This document shows, one piece after another, positions 47,501 to 53,472 of a stretch of 53,472 bases of DNA. Both the position numbers and the translations under genes were made by a program. Source of the stretch: Macrostomum lignano (Eukaryota); contig NIVC01000828.1 of assembly GCA_002269645.1 (NCBI GenBank), positions 1-53,472 of the forward strand, in the 5' to 3' direction. How positions within the stretch are numbered: the stretch's first letter is position 1; each line of letters starts with the position of its first letter. Below the pieces are notes generated by a model. It had not been told where the DNA came from. It worked only from the letters and a program-made list of their open reading frames with translations, and made no database searches.

Positions 47501-50500
47501 GGGCTTCTGTGAGATGTTGGAGACATCAGACACGACAATGCGCTACAAAGAAGAGCTAGAAGTGAGAGACTGCGCATCGTTCCTCGAGACATCCGTCATG
47601 ATAGGATCTGTTCGAGTGACACAAGAAATAGACGACATGGGCGTCTGTGAGATGCTGCTCGCATCAGACGCTTCGGTACGATACAAGGAGGAGCCGAAAC
47701 TCGACGAGTGCTTCACATTCTCCGAGACCACATTCCTGGAAGGCGCTATCCGAGTAGAGACACTTGTGAAGGAGGCTTCAGTTCAAGTGGAACAGCCAGT
47801 CGATGGAATGGGCGTCTGTGAGATGCTGCTCACATCAGACGGGTCGGTACGCTACAAGGAAGAGCCGAAACTCGACGAGTGCTTCACATTCTCCGAGACC
47901 ACATTCCTGGAAGGCGCTATCCGAGTAGAGACACTTGTTAAGGAGGCTTCAGTTCAAGTGGAACAGTCAGTCGATGGAATGGGCGTCTGTGAGATGCTGC
48001 TCACATCAGACGGGTCGGTACGCTACAAGGAGGAGCCGAAACTCGACGAGTGCTTCACATTCTCCGAGACCTCATTCATGGAAGGCGCTATCCGAGTAGA
48101 GACACTTGTGAAGGAGGCTTCAGTTCAAGTGGAACAGTCAGTCGATGGAATGGGCGTCTGTGAGATACTGCTCACATCAGACGGGTCGGTACGCTACAAG
48201 GAAGAGCCGAAGCTCAACGAATGCGCCTCATTCCTGGAAACGACTGTCTTGAGTGAGTCCATTCGAGTAAGCCAGAGTGTGAACGAAATGGGCTTCTGTG
48301 AGATGTTGGAGACATCAGACACGACAATGCGCTACAAAGAAGAGCTAGAAGTGAGAGACTGCGCATCGTTCCTCGAGACATCCGTCATGATAGGATCTGT
48401 TCGAGTGACACAAGAAATAGACGACATGGGCGTCTGTGAGATGCTGCTCGCATCAGACGCTTCGGTACGATACAAGGAGGAGCCGAAACTCGACGAGTGC
48501 TTCACATTCTCCGAGACCTCATTCATGGAAGGCGCTATCCGAGTAGAGACACTTGTGAAGGAGGCTTCAGTTCAAGTGGAACAGTCAGTCGATGGAATGG
48601 GCGTCTGTGAGATACTGCTCACATCAGACGGGTCGGTACGCTACAAGGAAGAGCCGAAGCTCAACGAATGCGCCTCATTCCTGGAAACGACTGTCTTGAG
48701 TGAGTCCATTCGAGTAAGCCAGAGTGTGAACGAAATGGGCTTCTGTGAGATGTTGGAGACATCAGACACGACAATGCGCTACAAAGAAGAGCTAGAAGTG
48801 AGAGACTGCGCATCGTTCCTCGAGACATCCGTCATGATAGGATCTGTTCGAGTGACACAAGAAATAGACGACATGGGCGTCTGTGAGATGCTGCTCGCAT
48901 CAGACGCTTCGGTACGATACAAGGAGGAGCCGAAACTCGACGAGTGCTTCACATTCTCCGAGACCACATTCCTGGAAGGCGCTATCCGAGTAGAGACACT
49001 TGTGAAGGAGGCTTCAGTTCAAGTGGAACAGCCAGTCGATGGAATGGGCGTCTGTGAGATGCTGCTCACATCAGACGGGTCGGTACGCTACAAGGAAGAG
49101 CCGAAACTCGACGAGTGCTTAACATTCTCCGAGACCACATTCCTGGAAGGCGCTATCCGAGTAGAGACACTTGTGAAGGAGGCTTCAGTTCAAGTGGAAC
49201 AGCCAGTCGATGGAATGGGCGTCTGTGAGATGCTGCTCACATCAGACGGGTCGGTACGCTACAAGGAAGAGCCGAAACTCGACGAGTGCTTCACATTCTC
49301 CGAGACCACATTCCTGGAAGGCGCTATCCGAGTAGAGACACTTGTGAAGGAGGCTTCAGTTCAAGTGGAACAGTCAGTCGATGGAATGGGCGTCTGTGAG
49401 ATGCTGCTCACATCAGACGGGTCGGTACGCTACAAGGAAGAGCCGAAACTCGACGAGTGCTTCACATTCTCCGAGACCACATTCCTGGAAGGCGCTATCC
49501 GAGTAGAGACACTTGTGAAGGAGGCTTCAGTTCAAGTGGAACAGTCAGTCGATGGAATGGGCGTCTGTGAGATGCTGCTCACATCAGACGGGTCGGTACG
49601 CTACAAGGAAGAGCCGAAACTCGACGAGTGCTTCACATTCTCCGAGACCACATTCCTGGAAGGCGCTATCCGAGTAGAGACACTTGTGAAGGAGGCTTCA
49701 GTTCAAGTGGAACAGTCAGTCGATGGAATGGGCGTCTGTGAGATGCTGCTCACATCAGACGGGTCGGTACGCTACAAGGAAGAGCCGAAACTCGACGAGT
49801 GCTTCACATTCTCCGAGACCACATTCCTGGAAGGCGCTATCCGAGTAGAGACACTTGTGAAGGAGGCTTCAGTTCAAGTGGAACAGTCAGTCGATGGAAT
49901 GGGCGTCTGTGAGATACTGCTCACATCAGACGGGTCGGTACGCTACAAGGAAGAGCCGAAGCTCAACGAATGCGCCTCATTCCTGGAAACGACTGTCTTG
50001 AGTGAGTCCATTCGAGTAAGCCAGAGTGTGAACGAAATGGGCTTCTGTGAGATGTTGGAGACATCAGACACGACAATGCGCTACAAAGAAGAGCTAGAAG
50101 TGAGAGACTGCGCATCGTTCCTCGAGACATCCGTCATGATAGGATCTGTTCGAGTGACACAAGAAATAGACGACATGGGCGTCTGTGAGATGCTGCTCGC
50201 ATCAGACGCTTCGGTACGATACAAGGAGGAGCCGAAACTCGACGAGTGCTTCACATTCTCCGAGACCACATTCCTGGAAGGCGCTATCCGAGTAGAGACA
50301 CTTGTGAAGGAGGCTTCAGTTCAAGTGGAACAGTCAGTCGATGGAATGGGCGTCTGTGAGATGCTGCTCACATCAGACGGGTCGGTACGCTACAAGGAAG
50401 AGCCGAAACTCGACGAGTGCTTCACATTCTCCGAGACCACATTCCTGGAAGGCGCTATCCGAGTAGAGACACTTGTGAAGGAGGCTTCAGTTCAAGTGGA

Positions 50501-53472
50501 ACAGTCAGTCGATGGAATGGGCGTCTGTGAGATGCTGCTCACATCAGACGGGTCGGTACGCTACAAGGAAGAGCCGAAACTCGACGAGTGCTTCACATTC
50601 TCCGAGACCACATTCCTGGAAGGCGCTATCGAGTAGAGACACTTGTGAAGGAGGCTTCAGTTCAAGTGGAACAGTCAGTCGATGGAATGGGCGTCTGTGA
50701 GATGCTGCTCACATCAGACGGGTCGGTACGCTACAAGGAAGAGCCGAAACTCGACGAGTGCTTCACATTCTCCGAGACCACATTCCTGGAAGGCGCTATC
50801 CGAGTAGAGACACTTGTGAAGGAGGCTTCAGTTCAAGTGGAACAGTCAGTCGATGGAATGGGCGTCTGTGAGATGCTGCTCACATCAGACGGGTCGGTAC
50901 GCTACAAGGAAGAGCCGAAACTCGACGAGTGCTTCACATTCTCTGAGACCACATTCCTGGAAGGCGCTATCCGAGTAGAGACACTTGTGAAGGAGGCTTC
51001 AGTTCAAGTGGAACAGTCAGTCGATGGAATGGGCGTCTGTGAGATGCTGCTCACATCAGACGGGTCGGTACGCTACAAGGAAGAGCCGAAACTCGACGAG
51101 TGCTTCACATTCTCCGAGACCACATTCCTGGAAGGCGCTATCGAGTAGAGACACTTGTGAAGGAGGCTTCAGTTCAAGTGGAACAGTCAGTCGATGGAAT
51201 GGGCGTCTGTGAGATGCTGCTCACATCAGACGGGTCGGTACGCTACAAGGAAGAGCCGAAGCTCAACGAATGCGCCTCATTCCTGGAAACGACTGTCTTG
51301 AGTGAGTCCATTCGAGTAAGCCAGAGTGTGAACGAAATGGGCTTCTGTGAGATGTTGGAGACATCAGACACGACAATGCGCTACAAAGAAGAGCTAGAAG
51401 TGAGAGACTGCGCATCGTTCCTCGAGACATCCGTCATGATAGGATCTGTTCGAGTGACACAAGAAATAGACGACATGGGCGTCTGTGAGATGCTGCTCGC
51501 ATCAGACGCTTCGGTACGATACAAGGAGGAGCCGAAACTCGACGAGTGCTTCACATTCTCCGAGACCACATTCCTGGAAGGCGCTATCCGAGTAGAGACA
51601 CTTGTGAAGGAGGCTTCAGTTCAAGTGGAACAGCCAGTCGATGGAATGGGCGTCTGTGAGATGCTGCTCACATCAGACGGGTCGGTACGCTACAAGGAAG
51701 AGCCGAAACTCGACGAGTGCTTCACATTCTCCGAGACCACATTCCTGGAAGGCGCTATCCGAGTAGAGACACTTGTGAAGGAGGCTTCAGTTCAAGTGGA
51801 ACAGTCAGTCGATGGAATGGGCGTCTGTGAGATGCTGCTCACATCAGACGGGTCGGTACGCTACAAGGAAGAGCCGAAACTCGACGAGTGCTTCACATTC
51901 TCCGAGACCACATTCCTGGAAGGCGCTATCCGAGTAGAGACACTTGTGAAGGAGGCTTCAGTTCAAGTGGAACAGTCAGTCGATGGAATGGGCGTCTGTG
52001 AGATGCTGCTCACATCAGACGGGTCGGTACGCTACAAGGAAGAGCCGAAGCTCAACGAATGCGCCTCATTCCTGGAAACGACTGTCTTGAGTGAGTCCAT
52101 TCGAGTAAGCCAGAGTGTGAACGAAATGGGCTTCTGTTGAGATGTTGGAGACATCAGACACACAATGCGCTACAAAGAAGAGCTAGAAGTGAGAGACTGC
52201 CGCATCGTTCCTCGAGACATCCGTCATGATAGGATCTGTTCGAGTGACACAAGAAATAGACGACATGGGCGTCTGTGAGATGCTGCTCGCATCAGACGCT
52301 TCGGTACGATACAAGGAGGAGCCGAAACTCGACGAGTGCTTCACATTCTCCGAGACCACATTCCTGGAAGGCGCTATCCGAGTAGAGACACTTGTGAAGG
52401 AGGCTTCAGTTCAAGTGGAACAGTCAGTCGATGAATGGGCGTCTGTGAGATGCTGCTCACATCAGACGGGTCGGTACGCTACAAGAAGAGCCGAAACTCG
52501 ACGAGTGCTTCACATTCTCCGAGACCACATTCCTGGAAGGCGCTATCCGAGTAGAGACACTTGTGAAGGAGGCTTCAGTTCAAGTGGAACAGTCAGTCGA
52601 TGGAATGGGCGTCTGTGAGATGCTGCTCACATCAGACGGCGTCGGTACGCTACAAGGAAGAGCCGAAACTCGACGAGTGCTTCACATTCTCCGAGACCAC
52701 ATTCCTGGAAGGCGCTATCCGAGTAGAGACACTTGTGAAGGAGGCTTCAGTTCAAGTGGAACAGTCAGTCGATGGAATGGGGCGTCTGTTGAGATGCTGC
52801 TCACATCAGACGGGTCGGTTACGCTACAAGGAAGAGCCGAAACTCGACGAGTGCTTCACATTCTCCGAGACCACATTCCTGGAAGGCGCTATCCGAGTAG
52901 AGACACTTGTGAAGGAGGCTTCAGTTCAAAGTGGAACAGTCAGTCGATGGAATGGGCGTCTGTGAGATGCTGCTCACATCAGACGGTCGGTTACGCTACA
53001 AGGAAGAGCCGAAACTCGACGAGTGCTTCACATTCTCTGAGAACCACATTCCTGGAAGGCGCTATCCGAGCTAGAGACACTTGTGAAGGAGGCTTCAGTT
53101 CAAGTGGAACAGTCAAGTCGATGGAATGGGCGTCTGTGAGATGCTGCTTCACATCAGACGGGTCGGTACGCTACAAGGAAGAGCCGAAACTCGACGAGTG
53201 CTTCACATTCTCCGAGCACCACATTCCTGAAGGCGCTATCCGAGTAGAGACACTTGTGAAGGAGGGCTTCAGTATCAAGTGGAACAGTCAGTCGATGGAA
53301 TGGGCGTCTGTGAGATGCTGCTCACATCAGACGGGTCGGTACGCTACAAGGAAGAGCCGAAGCTCAACGAATGCGCCCTCATTCCTGGAACGACTGTCCT
53401 TGAGTGAGTCCATTCGAGTAAGCCAGAGTGTGAACGAAATGGGCTTCTGTGAGATGTGGAGACATCAGACAC
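33761..53472 (+). CDS. Paralog 2: plakin-domain protein with a giant repetitive exon, more than 3600 aa, 3'-partial
   Basis: Exons 33761(ATG)-34165, 34615-34839, 35423-35569, 36209-36363, 39812-39923, 40025-40175, 41980-42163, 43906-44029, 44115->53472. Intron phases are the same as in paralog 1 and four exons have identical lengths (225, 147, 155, 184 nt). Frameshifts occur at about 50630, 51142 and repeatedly after 52130. Confidence 0.85.
35590..35840. repeat. Degenerate (GGGTCTGCAGTGT)-based intronic minisatellite
   Basis: Directly visible. Confidence 0.88.
35865..36190. repeat. 18-19-bp intronic minisatellite (TGCTCACTGATGCATCCTA)n
   Basis: Directly visible; ends about 18 nt before the acceptor at 36208. 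Confidence 0.9.
37128..37559 (-). mobile_element. Candidate solo LTR (432 bp)
   Basis: Termini TGTGACAG...CTGTCACA form a perfect 8-bp inverted repeat with TG..CA ends; TATAAATA on the minus strand at 37355-37348. No TSD or recognisable PBS. Confidence 0.35.
37642..37821. repeat. 13-bp minisatellite (GAGTCATCCCAAT)n, about 14 copies
   Basis: Directly visible. Confidence 0.92.
37944..38583 (+). mobile_element. 5'-truncated RTE-clade LINE (RT C-terminus), with 3' hairpin and (TTG)n tail
   Basis: Frame FVYLGG...REDLRRRRGLAWAAF...LLYNAETWTLT...RRRRLQLAGHIIR to TGA 38497. Hairpin ACACTGGA-gacta-TCCAGTGT at 38497-38517. TTG tract about 38520-38583. TTTCTAAGA at 37935-37943 and 39622-39630 is a candidate TSD. 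Confidence 0.85.
38584..39604 (-). mobile_element. 5'-truncated I-group non-LTR retrotransposon (RNase H + C-terminal CCHC)
   Basis: Open frame ...KPWLPRIE...IHYFNDGSAS...SFQAELSALHLAL...LILTDSQSAI...LQWIPGHSGTPGNERADTEAK...CLRCDLLEDKDHFLECPDL...; stop at 38597, then a (CAA)n tail on the minus strand. Confidence 0.88.
40354..41760. repeat. 15-bp intronic minisatellite (GGGGCTTTAGCACCA)n, about 94 copies
   Basis: Directly visible; same unit and orientation as 14101-14661. Confidence 0.96.
42200..43850. repeat. 22-bp intronic minisatellite (GCTCCAGTCTGTTTGTGAGCAT)n, about 75 copies
   Basis: Directly visible; fills almost the whole intron 42164-43905. Confidence 0.96.
46246..53472 (+). repeat. 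Coding tandem array of 46-aa D and E units and a 57-aa C unit, arranged (D-E)-Cn
   Basis: C = LLTSDGSVRYKEEPKLDECFTFSETTFLEGAIRVETLVKEASVQVEQSVDGMGVCEM; D = LLTSDGSVRYKEEPKLNECASFLETTVLSESIRVSQSVNEMGFCEM; E = LETSDTTMRYKEELEVRDCASFLETSVMIGSVRVTQEIDDMGVCEM. E-to-E spacings of 1131, 789, 447, 1302 and 1300 bp equal 276+171n. Confidence 0.95.

Overview
Eukaryotic (animal) genomic DNA with GC-rich exons, GT-AG introns and very many intronic mini/microsatellites. The style suggests a free-living flatworm such as Macrostomum, but this is inference only. In order, the window holds: the 3' end of a SCAPER-like gene (+), a 3-exon alpha/beta-type syntrophin (-), an intron-free nucleoplasmin-family CDS (-), and two tandem paralogous genes (+, 12.5-29.5 kb and 33.7 kb to beyond the window end). 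Each paralog encodes a truncated plakin head (spectrin-like repeats plus plakin SH3) in 8 matching small exons, followed by one giant exon of about 10 kb. The giant exons are built from homologous 46- and 57-aa repeats that break down into an ~11-aa module resembling dynein light chain LC8-binding motifs (TQT/GIQV/SVQV). This plakin-head plus giant multivalent repeat gene pair is the most unusual system here. Also present: a mariner relic, a tRNA-derived SINE, a candidate solo LTR, and an RNase H-bearing non-LTR element inserted antisense into the (TTG)n tail of an RTE LINE. No database searches were run; family calls come from recognised motifs.
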